From Lysobacterales bacterium (GTDB lineage Bacteria; Pseudomonadota; Gammaproteobacteria; Xanthomonadales; SZUA-5), in contig JAWLAT010000010.1 in the NCBI GenBank assembly GCA_041395325.1, positions 98,469 to 162,468 on the forward strand: a stretch of DNA of 64,000 nt, given 5' to 3'. The translations under genes were made by a program, and so were the position numbers. Of the stretch, positions 9,040-17,589 are shown piece after piece; position 1 is the stretch's first letter; every line of letters starts with the position of its first letter. The notes below the pieces were generated by a model that was not told the origin of the DNA, made no database searches, and worked only from the letters and a program-made list of their open reading frames with translations.

Positions 9040-9921
9040 ATGGGTGAGTCGCGCGAGCAGTTTGACCCCGCCGGTAATGACGCCGAACGCCGCTGGCTGC
9101 TGCTGCGCCGGGACGGCCAGATGCTGGTTCGCCGGCGGTCGCAGGATACGCAGCTCTATTGGCAGGAACAGCCTTGTGACGGCGAACTGCCGTGGAGCCT
9201 GCTCGGGCGCCATGACGGCTACGACTATCTGCTGCAGTTCATTGATGAAGACAGCCAGCTGAGCGAGCCGCTGGCCGCCGACGCCCAATGGGCGGATCTG
9301 CGCGCGCATGCCGAACGTCTGGCACCGCTGGATGCCGGTCTGGCGGCCTATGCGCGGGGTCTGGTGCTGTGGCGCGACCGCCATCGACACTGCGGTCGCT
9401 GCGGCGCACCGATGCTGATTCGCGCCGCCGGGCATCGCCTCGTCTGCACCCAGAGCAGCTGCGGCAACGAGGTTTTTCCGCGCATCGATCCAGCCATCAT
9501 TGTGGCCATCTCACATGGCGACCGTCTGCTGCTGGCGCGCCAGGCCAGCTGGCCAGCCGGCCGGCATTCGGTACTGGCGGGCTTTGTCGAGCCCGGTGAG
9601 ACGCTGGAAGACTGCGTCCGGCGGGAGGTCGCCGAGGAAGCCGGTCTGACCGTTGAACGGGTCCGCTATCACTCCTCGCAGCCCTGGCCCTTCCCATCGG
9701 CACTGATGATCGGATTCACCGCCGAGGCGGTCGATGACCGGCTGGCGCTTGGCGACGAGCTGGAGCAGGCTGACTGGTATGACCCGGGAACGCTGGTCGC
9801 CGCCGTTCGTGGCGGCGCGCTCGGGCTGCCCACCGGCTTTTCGGTGTCTCGACGGCTGATCGAGGACTGGTATCAGGCACGCACCGGCAGCGTCTTGACG
9901 GAGGCAATCGCCCGCCCCTGA
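9040..9921 (+). CDS. nudC: NAD(+) diphosphatase (NADH pyrophosphatase) NudC
   Basis: Zinc ribbon CGRCGAPM...CTQSSCGNEVFPRIDPAIIV followed by the Nudix box LAGFVEPGETLEDCVRREVAEEAGL. The start is uncertain. ATG 9040 is preferred by length comparison, and an in-frame GTG at 8953 is also possible. Confidence 0.8.
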   Translation: MGESREQFDPAGNDAERRWLLLRRDGQMLVRRRSQDTQLYWQEQPCDGELPWSLLGRHDGYDYLLQFIDEDSQLSEPLAADAQWADLRAHAERLAPLDAGLAAYARGLVLWRDRHRHCGRCGAPMLIRAAGHRLVCTQSSCGNEVFPRIDPAIIVAISHGDRLLLARQASWPAGRHSVLAGFVEPGETLEDCVRREVAEEAGLTVERVRYHSSQPWPFPSALMIGFTAEAVDDRLALGDELEQADWYDPGTLVAAVRGGALGLPTGFSVSRRLIEDWYQARTGSVLTEAIARP

Positions 9922-10023
9922 GACGCGCTTTGTGCGGCTTCCCCGGATGCGCCGCGCCTTTGGTCAACGTCCGCTCGCGCCGCGGCGGTACAATGCCGGC
10001 ATTCCGAGCGCCGAGCATCGCCC

Positions 10024-10908
10024 ATGGCCGTGACCCTGATCGTCGTACTCATCGTGCTTGCCGTGGCCATGGCGGCGCCGGAGTTGACCCGCCTGCGCGA
10101 TTTCGGCTGGTTGCAGCGCTGGGTGGTCTGGCTGAATGCCCGCCTGGGTCTCAATGCGTTGTGGACCCACGGCGCCGGCCTGCTGCTCAGTGTAGGCCTC
10201 CCCTGCCTGAGTCTGTTGCTGGTCGACCGCATTCTGGGCGGCGCGCTGTTCGGTCTGGTGGGCTTCGTGCTGGCGGTGGTCGTGCTCTATTACTGCTGGG
10301 GGCCGCGAGATCTGGATCTGGACGTCGCAGACCTGGTCACCGCCACGGATGCTGAGTCGCGCCAACGGGCGCTACGTGCCCTCGGTGCCGCCGATGCACC
10401 GGCCAGCACCATCGATCGGGTCGAACGGGTCTTCGATGAGGCCTTGCGACGCTGGTTCTCGGTACTGTTCTGGTTCGTCCTGTTCGGACCGGTCGCTGCC
10501 CTGGGCTATCGCCTGCTGCAGTTGCTGGCCGACCGCAGCGAGTTCATCGCCGAGCTGCCCTACGCCCAGAATGTCGCCGCTCGTCGTCTGCACGACGCCC
10601 TGGCCTGGCTCCCAGCTCAGCTGATGGCGCTGGCGCTTGCCTTGGCGGCCAACTTCGACGCGGTCAGCAAGGCCTGGCGCGAACACCACGCCGCCCATGG
10701 CCAGGGCCTGCTGCATCTGGATCTGGGCTTTCTGTCATCGACCGCTCGTGCCTGCATCGAGTTTGATGATGTGGACGAGGTCGATATCGACGGCGATGCC
10801 AATCCGCGCGAGATCATTGCCGAACAGTCGCTGCAACTGGCCTGGCGGATTCTGGTGGTCTGGCTGGCCGCGCTCGCGCTGGTGGTGCTGGTGCAGTTGT
10901 TCGATTGA
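10024..10908 (+). CDS. AmpE-like inner-membrane regulatory protein (CobD/AmpE family)
   Basis: Multi-TM protein of about 294 aa. RRWFSVLFWFVLFGPVAALGYRLL...ALAWLPAQLMAL resembles AmpE. Confidence 0.55.
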   Translation: MAVTLIVVLIVLAVAMAAPELTRLRDFGWLQRWVVWLNARLGLNALWTHGAGLLLSVGLPCLSLLLVDRILGGALFGLVGFVLAVVVLYYCWGPRDLDLDVADLVTATDAESRQRALRALGAADAPASTIDRVERVFDEALRRWFSVLFWFVLFGPVAALGYRLLQLLADRSEFIAELPYAQNVAARRLHDALAWLPAQLMALALALAANFDAVSKAWREHHAAHGQGLLHLDLGFLSSTARACIEFDDVDEVDIDGDANPREIIAEQSLQLAWRILVVWLAALALVVLVQLFD

Positions 10909-11043
10909 CGCACGCCAAATGGCGTGAGTCGACCGTGCGCCTCGGCTGCGCGCCCACCGCAGAATCACCGCTCATCACATAAAATGCACAAAGCGCGGAT
11001 TGCGCCGCGATCCGCTGCGATGTCGCGGTTACACTGCCGCCCC

Positions 11044-11388
11044 ATGAAATGGTTGCGCTATCTGTCCCTGCCCTTGCTGCTGTCGGCCTGCCAGTCCGAG
11101 CCGGCTGCGACCGCCGCGACCAGCGCCAACGTCGGTGAGCCACCGGCCAAGCTGGGGTTGTGCAGCGGCTGTCACGGCACCAGCGGGCGAGCCAGTCTGG
11201 CCGGCTATCCGCATCTGGCCGGCCAGGATCCGCTCTATCTGAGGCAACAGCTGCAGGCCTATCGATCGGGCCAGCGGCAACACGCGCAGATGCAGTCCAT
11301 CGCCGGTCTGCTCGACGATGCCGACATCGAGTCGCTGTCCGACTGGTACGCCAGTCGACCCACCACAGCGCCGGCCGCAGCGCCATGA
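11044..11388 (+). CDS. Class I c-type cytochrome, lipoprotein-anchored
   Basis: ATG 11044 gives MKWLRYLSLPLLLSAC (lipobox). Contains the heme motif CSGCH and GYPHLAGQ...YL..QL..YRSG, typical of cytochrome c4/c553-like domains. Confidence 0.8.
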   Translation: MKWLRYLSLPLLLSACQSEPAATAATSANVGEPPAKLGLCSGCHGTSGRASLAGYPHLAGQDPLYLRQQLQAYRSGQRQHAQMQSIAGLLDDADIESLSDWYASRPTTAPAAAP

Positions 11389-12110
11389 AGTCTTGGCTGG
11401 CGACCGTCCTGGCCACCGGCGTGGGCGCGCTGATCGGTGGGCCTTATGGTGCCGTCGTCGGTCTGGGCGTAGGCCAGGCCTGGGATCGCGGCTGGATTGG
11501 GACACGGCGGATGCCGCGTCTGAAGGTTGGCGCGGAACTGTCGGCGCTGTTCGAGCTGCTGGGGCACCTGGCCCGCGCCGATGGGCGCGTCAGCGAGCGC
11601 GAAGTGGCTTTCGCCGAAGGACTGATGGATCGCTTCGAGTTGCGCGGTGCCCAGCGGGCCCGCGCGGTGGAGGCCTTCGACCGCGGCCGGGCTGAGCAGT
11701 TTCGGATCGATGCCGCCATCGAGCAGCTGGCCGGCAGCTATCCGCGCGGCAGTGAGGAAGCGCGCCAGCTGGCCGATCTGCTGCTGCGACTGGCCGAGAC
11801 CGATGGGCCACTGGTGCCGGCCGAGCGCGGCGCGCTGGCGCGCATCTCCGAGCGGCTGGGCCTGACCCACGCCGCGCCACGGTCGACCAGCGGCACGCGC
11901 TGGACCGATGACGCCGCCCGTCGCGAGCTGGGTCTGGAGCGCGGCGCCGATGGAGATACCATCCGAGCGGCCTACAAGCGCCTGCTGAGCAAGTACCATC
12001 CGGACAAGCTCGCCGCGCGGGGGCTGTCGGAGGCCGAACAGGCCGATGCCCAGGCCCGTCTGCAGCGCGCTCGGGAAGCCTACGAGCACCTGCGCCCGCG
12101 CGGCAGCTGA
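11385..12110 (+). CDS. djlA: Co-chaperone DjlA (membrane-anchored J-domain protein)
   Basis: N-terminal TM segment, a central TerB-like region and a C-terminal J domain ([12 protein letters not shown]). The start ATG overlaps the cytochrome c stop (ATGA at 11385-11388). Confidence 0.85.
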   Translation: MKSWLATVLATGVGALIGGPYGAVVGLGVGQAWDRGWIGTRRMPRLKVGAELSALFELLGHLARADGRVSEREVAFAEGLMDRFELRGAQRARAVEAFDRGRAEQFRIDAAIEQLAGSYPRGSEEARQLADLLLRLAETDGPLVPAERGALARISERLGLTHAAPRSTSGTRWTDDAARRELGLERGADGDTIRAAYKRLLSKYHPDKLAARGLSEAEQADAQARLQRAREAYEHLRPRGS

Positions 12111-12136
12111 CCTTCTTCACTGCTCAAGATCCCCGC

Positions 12137-12829
12137 ATGAATCTACCCAGCGAAAGCCCGGCGCTGATTGCGCCCTCCATCCTGTCGGCCGACTTCTCCC
12201 GACTGGGCGCCGACATCGACGCCGTCCTCGCCGCGGGTGCGGACTGGATACACTTCGACGTGATGGACAATCACTACGTGCCCAATCTGTCGATCGGGCC
12301 GCTGGTGCTGCAGTCATTGCGCAAGGCCGGTCTGGAAGCCTTCGTCGACGTCCATCTGATGGTCGACCCGGTGGACCGGTTGATCGAGGACTTCGCCCGT
12401 GCCGGCGCCAACCTGATCAGCTTCCACCCGGAAGCCTCCCGTCATGTGGACCGCTCGTTGTCGGCCATTGCCGATCACGACATGCGCGCTGGTCTGGTGC
12501 TCAATCCGGCGACGCCGCTGTCGGTGTTGGACTGGGCCTGGGAGCGGATCGACCTGGTGCTGGTGATGAGCGTCAATCCCGGCTTCGGGGGTCAGTCCTT
12601 CCTGCCCGCCGCACTGGCCAAGTTGCGCCAGCTGCGTGAACGGGTCGAGGCGATCGGCAAGCCGCTGCTGCTGGAAGTCGATGGCGGCATCAAGCCCGAC
12701 AACATCGCCGAGGTGGCCAGGGCCGGCGCCGATGTCTTCGTTGCCGGCTCGGCGATCTTCGGCCAGCCGGACTACGCCGGGATCATCGCCGGCATGCGCG
12801 AGCAGATCGAGCTGGGCCGTTCAGGCTGA
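12137..12829 (+). CDS. rpe: Ribulose-phosphate 3-epimerase
   Basis: [17 protein letters not shown]...[18 protein letters not shown]...[10 protein letters not shown] are the canonical Rpe motifs. Confidence 0.95.
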   Translation: MNLPSESPALIAPSILSADFSRLGADIDAVLAAGADWIHFDVMDNHYVPNLSIGPLVLQSLRKAGLEAFVDVHLMVDPVDRLIEDFARAGANLISFHPEASRHVDRSLSAIADHDMRAGLVLNPATPLSVLDWAWERIDLVLVMSVNPGFGGQSFLPAALAKLRQLRERVEAIGKPLLLEVDGGIKPDNIAEVARAGADVFVAGSAIFGQPDYAGIIAGMREQIELGRSG

Positions 12830-12848
12830 TAGCGCCCGGATGAACCGA

Positions 12849-12926
12849 TCAGGGCTGGGCGATCACCGCACAGGCCAGCGCCAGCATCACCAGGGCCAAC
12901 ACGCGCGACTGCAATCGACTGGGCAT
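12849..12926 (-). CDS. Candidate 25-aa small hydrophobic or lipobox peptide
   Basis: Not in the ORF track because it is under 60 aa. Reverse strand reads ATG (12924-12926) ... TGA (12849-12851) and encodes MPSRLQSRVLALVMLALACAVIAQP. A strong SD (AAGGAG, complement of 12933-12938) lies 6 nt upstream of the ATG. Confidence 0.4.
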   Translation of the reverse strand: MPSRLQSRVLALVMLALACAVIAQP

Positions 12927-13082
12927 GACGCACTCCTTCGCTGTGGGGTGCCGTCAGCATGGCGCCGGGTTCGGGCGGTGCCCGGGCTCGCTGCGGATCA
13001 GTTGCGACATTAACCGGGCAAATGAGCCGATTCTGCGCCGTAGCTCGCGTAAGGACGCACCCCAACGAAGAAGGATGCGTTC

Positions 13083-14405
13083 ATGGCCCTGTTCCGCCTG
13101 TCCTGTGCGGTGCCGCTGTGGCTGCTGGCCACGAGCTTGTCGGCGCAAACGCCGGCGCAGATTCTGGCGCCAGCCAGTGGTCGCGTGCTGCATGTGTCGA
13201 TCGAAACCGGCAACAACGGCAATGACGGCAGCCGCCAGGCGCCGCTGAAGAACATCGACAAGGCGCTGAAGCTGGCCCAGGCCGGTGACACGATCGCCGT
13301 GGCCGGCGGCGTCTACGCCGGCACCTTTGGCGTGGGCTATCTGGAGGCGGACAAGCCGGTGCGGCTGTATGGCAGCTTCAGCCTGGATTTCGACAGCCGC
13401 AGCCTGCAGCAGCACCCGACCGTGTTCGCGCCCGACAACGCCAGCGGCGCCAAGGCGCGCAAGCCGATGCTGCAGTTCAGCAAGGCCATCGATGGCGCCG
13501 TTGTCGACGGCTTTGTCTTCAATGCCGGTGGCCGCAACAGCTATTCCCCGGTCAAGGGCAAGCCAGCCGGCGTGGACAGCGGCCAGTTGCTGTTGCCCCC
13601 GTCCAAGGCCGATGGCGAGGCGCCGACGGTGCTGGAGCCGTTGCTGAAGATCCCTTCATCCGCCGCCGGCGGCGACATGCAGATCAGCCACAACGTCTTT
13701 CTCAATGGCGCCAACTTCGGCATCCAGGCCGGCCTGCGCAGCGGCACGCTGAACGTGCACGACAACCTGTTCGTGGCCAACCGCATGGCGGCGATCGAGA
13801 TCTACGGCACCTGCGCGGGTAGTCCGGCCAACATGACTGCCCCCTGTGGCACGGCCGACATCGGCCACAACACGATCTTGTTCACCTGGTCGCGGCTGGA
13901 TGATCTGCAGGACATGGGCTACGGCGTACGGGTCATGACCAAGCTGGCCTATCGCATCCACGACAACCTGATCGGCGGCAATGTCCGCGGCGGCATCGAC
14001 CACACCCGCTTCAACCAGGACGGCTGGATCGAGATCGATCGCAACCTGTTCGTCGCCAACAAGTGGGGCGACCTCTACTACAGCCCGGCCAGCAACACGC
14101 AGCTGAATCTGCGAGTCGGCGAGTTCGGTGATCTGCCCATTGCCAGCAGCCAGGGCAATCGCGAGGGACTGCCGCCGGGTCTGGCCGTCGATCAGGCCTA
14201 TCTGGAGGCCTTTCTCAGCGTCACCTATCGCGAGCAGACCGACCTGGATCGGAGCTCGGCAGCCAATCAATGGCGCTCGGCGCTGGGCATGAATCTGGTC
14301 GGCCAGATCCGTACCGAGGTGAGCATGTACGCCAACCGCTATCCCCTGCCCGCGGCGCTGAAGCTGCTGGGCCGGATCGACGGCGCCGGCGCAGCAGGAC
14401 TGTAG
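13083..14405 (+). CDS. Secreted right-handed parallel beta-helix repeat protein
   Basis: Signal peptide MALFRLSCAVPLWLLATSLSAQ. NGNDGSRQAPLKNIDKALKLAQAGDTIAVAGGVY and repeated NxFxxN/IxxN stretches are typical of pectate-lyase-fold beta-helix proteins. Confidence 0.65.
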   Translation: MALFRLSCAVPLWLLATSLSAQTPAQILAPASGRVLHVSIETGNNGNDGSRQAPLKNIDKALKLAQAGDTIAVAGGVYAGTFGVGYLEADKPVRLYGSFSLDFDSRSLQQHPTVFAPDNASGAKARKPMLQFSKAIDGAVVDGFVFNAGGRNSYSPVKGKPAGVDSGQLLLPPSKADGEAPTVLEPLLKIPSSAAGGDMQISHNVFLNGANFGIQAGLRSGTLNVHDNLFVANRMAAIEIYGTCAGSPANMTAPCGTADIGHNTILFTWSRLDDLQDMGYGVRVMTKLAYRIHDNLIGGNVRGGIDHTRFNQDGWIEIDRNLFVANKWGDLYYSPASNTQLNLRVGEFGDLPIASSQGNREGLPPGLAVDQAYLEAFLSVTYREQTDLDRSSAANQWRSALGMNLVGQIRTEVSMYANRYPLPAALKLLGRIDGAGAAGL

Positions 14406-14456
14406 GTCACTCGGCAGGAGGTCCCGACTCAGACCCTGGACGCCCCGGACGATGTC

Positions 14457-15032
14457 TCAACCGCCCGCCAGCTCGCGCTGCAACCAGGCCCGCGCCAAGG
14501 ACCAGTCACGCTTGACGGTCACTGGCGCGACCTGCAGCGCGGCGGCGGTCTCCTCGACCGACAAGCCGGCAAAGAACCGGCACTCGACCACCCTGCAGGC
14601 GCGCTCATCGAAGCGCCGCAGGCGATCGAGGGCGGCATCGAGCTCGACCAGTTGCTGGGCATGCTGGACGCTGAACTCACCCTCGCTCACGTCCAGCACC
14701 TCCTCCAGGGCCAGGGGCCTCCTGCCGCTTCCCCGCTTCTCGGCCAGCACGCCCTTGGCGTGATCGATCAGCACGCGGCGCATGACGATCGCGGCGACCG
14801 CGTGGAAGTGATCGCGATTGCGCCAACGCTGGCCGTCCTGCTCGGACAGCTTCAGATAGGCCTCGTGCACCAGTGCCGTGGTCGACAAGGTGTGGTCGGC
14901 CCGCTCGCGGGCCAGCTGCCGCCGGGCCGCTGACTTCAGCTGCTCGTAGACCGCCGGAAGCAGCAGCGCCAACGGACCCTGCGCCCGTTCGCCCAGCCGA
15001 TTGAGCAGCAGGGTGATCTCGCCCTCATCCAT
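14457..15032 (-). CDS. ECF-type sigma-70 family RNA polymerase sigma factor (kinase-associated type)
   Basis: The start was moved to the ATG at 15030-15032 (MDEGEITLLLNRL...). HTLSTTALVHEAYLKL (region 2) and FFAGLSVEETAAALQVAPVTVKRDW (region 4 HTH) match the Sigma70_ECF family usually found next to Ser/Thr kinases. The ATG overlaps the kinase stop by 8 nt. Confidence 0.85.
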   Translation of the reverse strand: MDEGEITLLLNRLGERAQGPLALLLPAVYEQLKSAARRQLARERADHTLSTTALVHEAYLKLSEQDGQRWRNRDHFHAVAAIVMRRVLIDHAKGVLAEKRGSGRRPLALEEVLDVSEGEFSVQHAQQLVELDAALDRLRRFDERACRVVECRFFAGLSVEETAAALQVAPVTVKRDWSLARAWLQRELAGG

Positions 15033-17460
15033 CGGCGGCCTCCGTTGCCAGTTGCTGCAACAGGGCCAGCTGAGCGGGATCCCCGGCGGCCTGCACGGCT
15101 TTGCGGATCTCGGCCTGGGCGGCCGCGGTGGGCTCAGCCACCAGGCGCCAGTGCAGCAGTTGTGCCCACAACCGCTCCAGCGGCAATTCGGCTTCGGCCA
15201 GCGGCAATGCCGCCTGCATTCGCAACAACGCCTGCCGCGCTGAATCCAGATCGCCAGCGCCCAGCGCACAGCGCGCGATGCCCAGCTGCTGATCGATGCG
15301 ATCGGGATGACCGGCCGGCAGCGTCTGCTCGGCTGCGCCCAGTGCCTGCGCATAAGCGGACTCGGCGGCGCTCCAATCCTGCTGGGCCAGCAGCATCTCG
15401 GCCTGGTTCAGCGCCAGGCTGACCCGCATCGTGTGCCCATCGGGCAGCGATTGCGCGGCGATCTGTCCGGCGGCGGCAAAGTGGGCCGCGGCGGCAGCGT
15501 AGTTGCCGCGCTCGCGACTGAGCACGCCGCTGGCATTGAGCATGAATCCCACCTGCGGATGATTCTCGCCAAAGGCCTCGCGCAGCAGCCGCAGCGATTC
15601 AGCCACCAGCGTGTCGGCGCGCTGCAAGCGCGACTCGTCAACCGGCTTGGTTTGCGTCGCCAGCCGATAGTGCATGTAGCCCAGACTGCCCAGCGCCGTG
15701 GCCATATCGACGCGGATTTCCTCCAGCGGCAGCTGACGCTGAATCGCCACCACCTGCTCCAGCAGCTCCGCAGCGCGTTCGGGCTGACCTTGTTCGTCCA
15801 GCACCAGCGCGAGCGCGTCGAGCACCTGGGCGCGCAGCGCTGGCGGGGCGTCCGGCAGCTGCTCGATCTGCGCCATCGCCTGCTCGGCCGCCTGCCGGCC
15901 CTGTTCCAGCCGATCCAGCGACATCGCGATGTTGGCCAGCTGCTTGTAGACCACCGCGGCGGTCTCGCTGGGCGGATCGGTCGGGTCCTGCAGAGCGACC
16001 GCCTGCTCGGCCGCCGCCAACGCACCCTCCGGGTTGGCGAGATTCCAGTAGGCGGTGCTGATCACCGCCAGCAGGCGGCTGCGGCTGGCGCGTGACAGCG
16101 TCTCTTCGGTGGTCAACTGCGCGCGCGCACGATCGAGCAGTTCGGCGGTGCTGGTGGCGGCGGACTGCGCCCGCACCGGATCGGCCTGTTCGAACAGGCC
16201 GGCCCAGAAATCCGCGGTCGCCTCGGCGCGATCGCGCTCGGCCTGCAGCTGACGCGCCTGCGCGGCGATCCGCGCATTGCTCAGCGCCAGCACGGTCGCC
16301 AGCGCGGCCAGCGCCACCAGCGCCAGGCCCGCGGTCAACACCGGCCAGCGATGCCGCCGCACGAACTTGCCCAGCTGATAGGCCAGCGTCGCCGGTCGTG
16401 CCTGCACCGGTTCACCGGCGAGCCAGCGCTGCACGTCCTCGGCCAGCGCCGCCGCGGACACATAGCGCCGCTCGGGCTCACGCGCCATCGCCTTGAGCAC
16501 GATGTTGTCCAGATCCTCCGGCAGCCCAGGCCGATGGCGGGAAGGCGGCGATGGATCGGTGGTGGCCAGTACCTCGGCCAACTGCCGCAGGTTGGCTCGC
16601 TCGACCGTGTAGGGCAGCGTGCCGGTCAGCAGCCGATACAGCACCACGCCGAGCGAATAGACATCGCTGAGGGTGGTCGGCGAATCGCCTTCGATCTGCT
16701 CGGGACTGGCGTACTGCGGCGTCAGCGGACGGCCACCTTCGGCCAGCGTCGTCAGACCGGCTTCGGCCTGATCCAGCAGGCGGGCGATGCCGAAATCGAC
16801 CAGTTGCACCTCGCCATCGGGCAGCACCAGGATGTTGCCGGGCTTGAGGTCGCTGTGCACGACCAGGTTCTGGTGCGCATGCTGCACGGCCGCACAAACG
16901 GCGACGAACATGTGCAGCCGCTGCTGCACATCGAGGGTGCGCCGCTCGCAGTACTCGTCCAGCGGCAGCGCCCCTTCCAGAAAGGGCATGACCAGATAGG
17001 GTCGGCCATCCTCGCTCAGGCCGCCGCCGAGAATGCTGCAGATGTGCCGGTGATTGAGGCGGCCAAGGATCTGCCGCTCGCGCAGGAAGCGGCGGCTGGA
17101 GGTGTCGCCCGCCAGGCCGCGGCGCACCAGCTTGATGGCCACCTGCTGCTCGAAACCGCCATCGGCCCGCTCGGCCAGATAGACGCTGCCCATGCCGCCA
17201 CTGCCGATCAGCTGGACAATGCGGAACTCGCCCAGAGACTGCCCGCGCATCTCGTCGGCCGACTCGCGCTCGGGCGCCGGCTCGACCGTTTCATGCAGCA
17301 AGGTAGCATCGGCCACCGCCGAGGCCAGCAGTGAACGCAGTTCCTCACGCACCTGCGGATCGGCACAATTCGCCTGCAGCCAAGCCTCCCGCTCGGCAGC
17401 CGGTACTTCCACGACAACGTGGTACAGCGAGCGAATCTGTTGCCACAGTTCAGGCGTCAT
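15025..17460 (-). CDS. Transmembrane Ser/Thr protein kinase with C-terminal TPR repeats
   Basis: Start at ATG 17458-17460 (MTPELWQQIRSLY...). Hanks kinase motifs are present: GSGGMGSVYLA, VAIK, HSDLKPGNIL, DFGIA, YASPE. A single TM segment (WPVLTAGLALVALAALATVLAL) is followed by about 400 aa of TPR-like repeats. Confidence 0.9.
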   Translation of the reverse strand: MTPELWQQIRSLYHVVVEVPAAEREAWLQANCADPQVREELRSLLASAVADATLLHETVEPAPERESADEMRGQSLGEFRIVQLIGSGGMGSVYLAERADGGFEQQVAIKLVRRGLAGDTSSRRFLRERQILGRLNHRHICSILGGGLSEDGRPYLVMPFLEGALPLDEYCERRTLDVQQRLHMFVAVCAAVQHAHQNLVVHSDLKPGNILVLPDGEVQLVDFGIARLLDQAEAGLTTLAEGGRPLTPQYASPEQIEGDSPTTLSDVYSLGVVLYRLLTGTLPYTVERANLRQLAEVLATTDPSPPSRHRPGLPEDLDNIVLKAMAREPERRYVSAAALAEDVQRWLAGEPVQARPATLAYQLGKFVRRHRWPVLTAGLALVALAALATVLALSNARIAAQARQLQAERDRAEATADFWAGLFEQADPVRAQSAATSTAELLDRARAQLTTEETLSRASRSRLLAVISTAYWNLANPEGALAAAEQAVALQDPTDPPSETAAVVYKQLANIAMSLDRLEQGRQAAEQAMAQIEQLPDAPPALRAQVLDALALVLDEQGQPERAAELLEQVVAIQRQLPLEEIRVDMATALGSLGYMHYRLATQTKPVDESRLQRADTLVAESLRLLREAFGENHPQVGFMLNASGVLSRERGNYAAAAAHFAAAGQIAAQSLPDGHTMRVSLALNQAEMLLAQQDWSAAESAYAQALGAAEQTLPAGHPDRIDQQLGIARCALGAGDLDSARQALLRMQAALPLAEAELPLERLWAQLLHWRLVAEPTAAAQAEIRKAVQAAGDPAQLALLQQLATEAADG

Positions 17461-17534
17461 GACCGAGTTTGCTGAGATCCAGGTTGATCCTGCCGGACGG
17501 TCGCGGGCAATTTGCGCAAGATGCGGTCTTGCGT

Positions 17535-17558
17535 GAACCAACAACCGCCCTTACCGTC
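17535..17558 (+). promoter_or_regulatory. Candidate ECF-sigma-type promoter upstream of secreted protein gene
   Basis: GAAC (17535-17538), a 16-nt spacer, then CGTC (17555-17558), about 30 nt upstream of the ATG at 17590. This matches the generic ECF -35 GAAC / -10 CGT pattern. Confidence 0.4.
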
Positions 17559-17589
17559 CGCGCATCATGCAGGTACAGGCTGTCACTCG

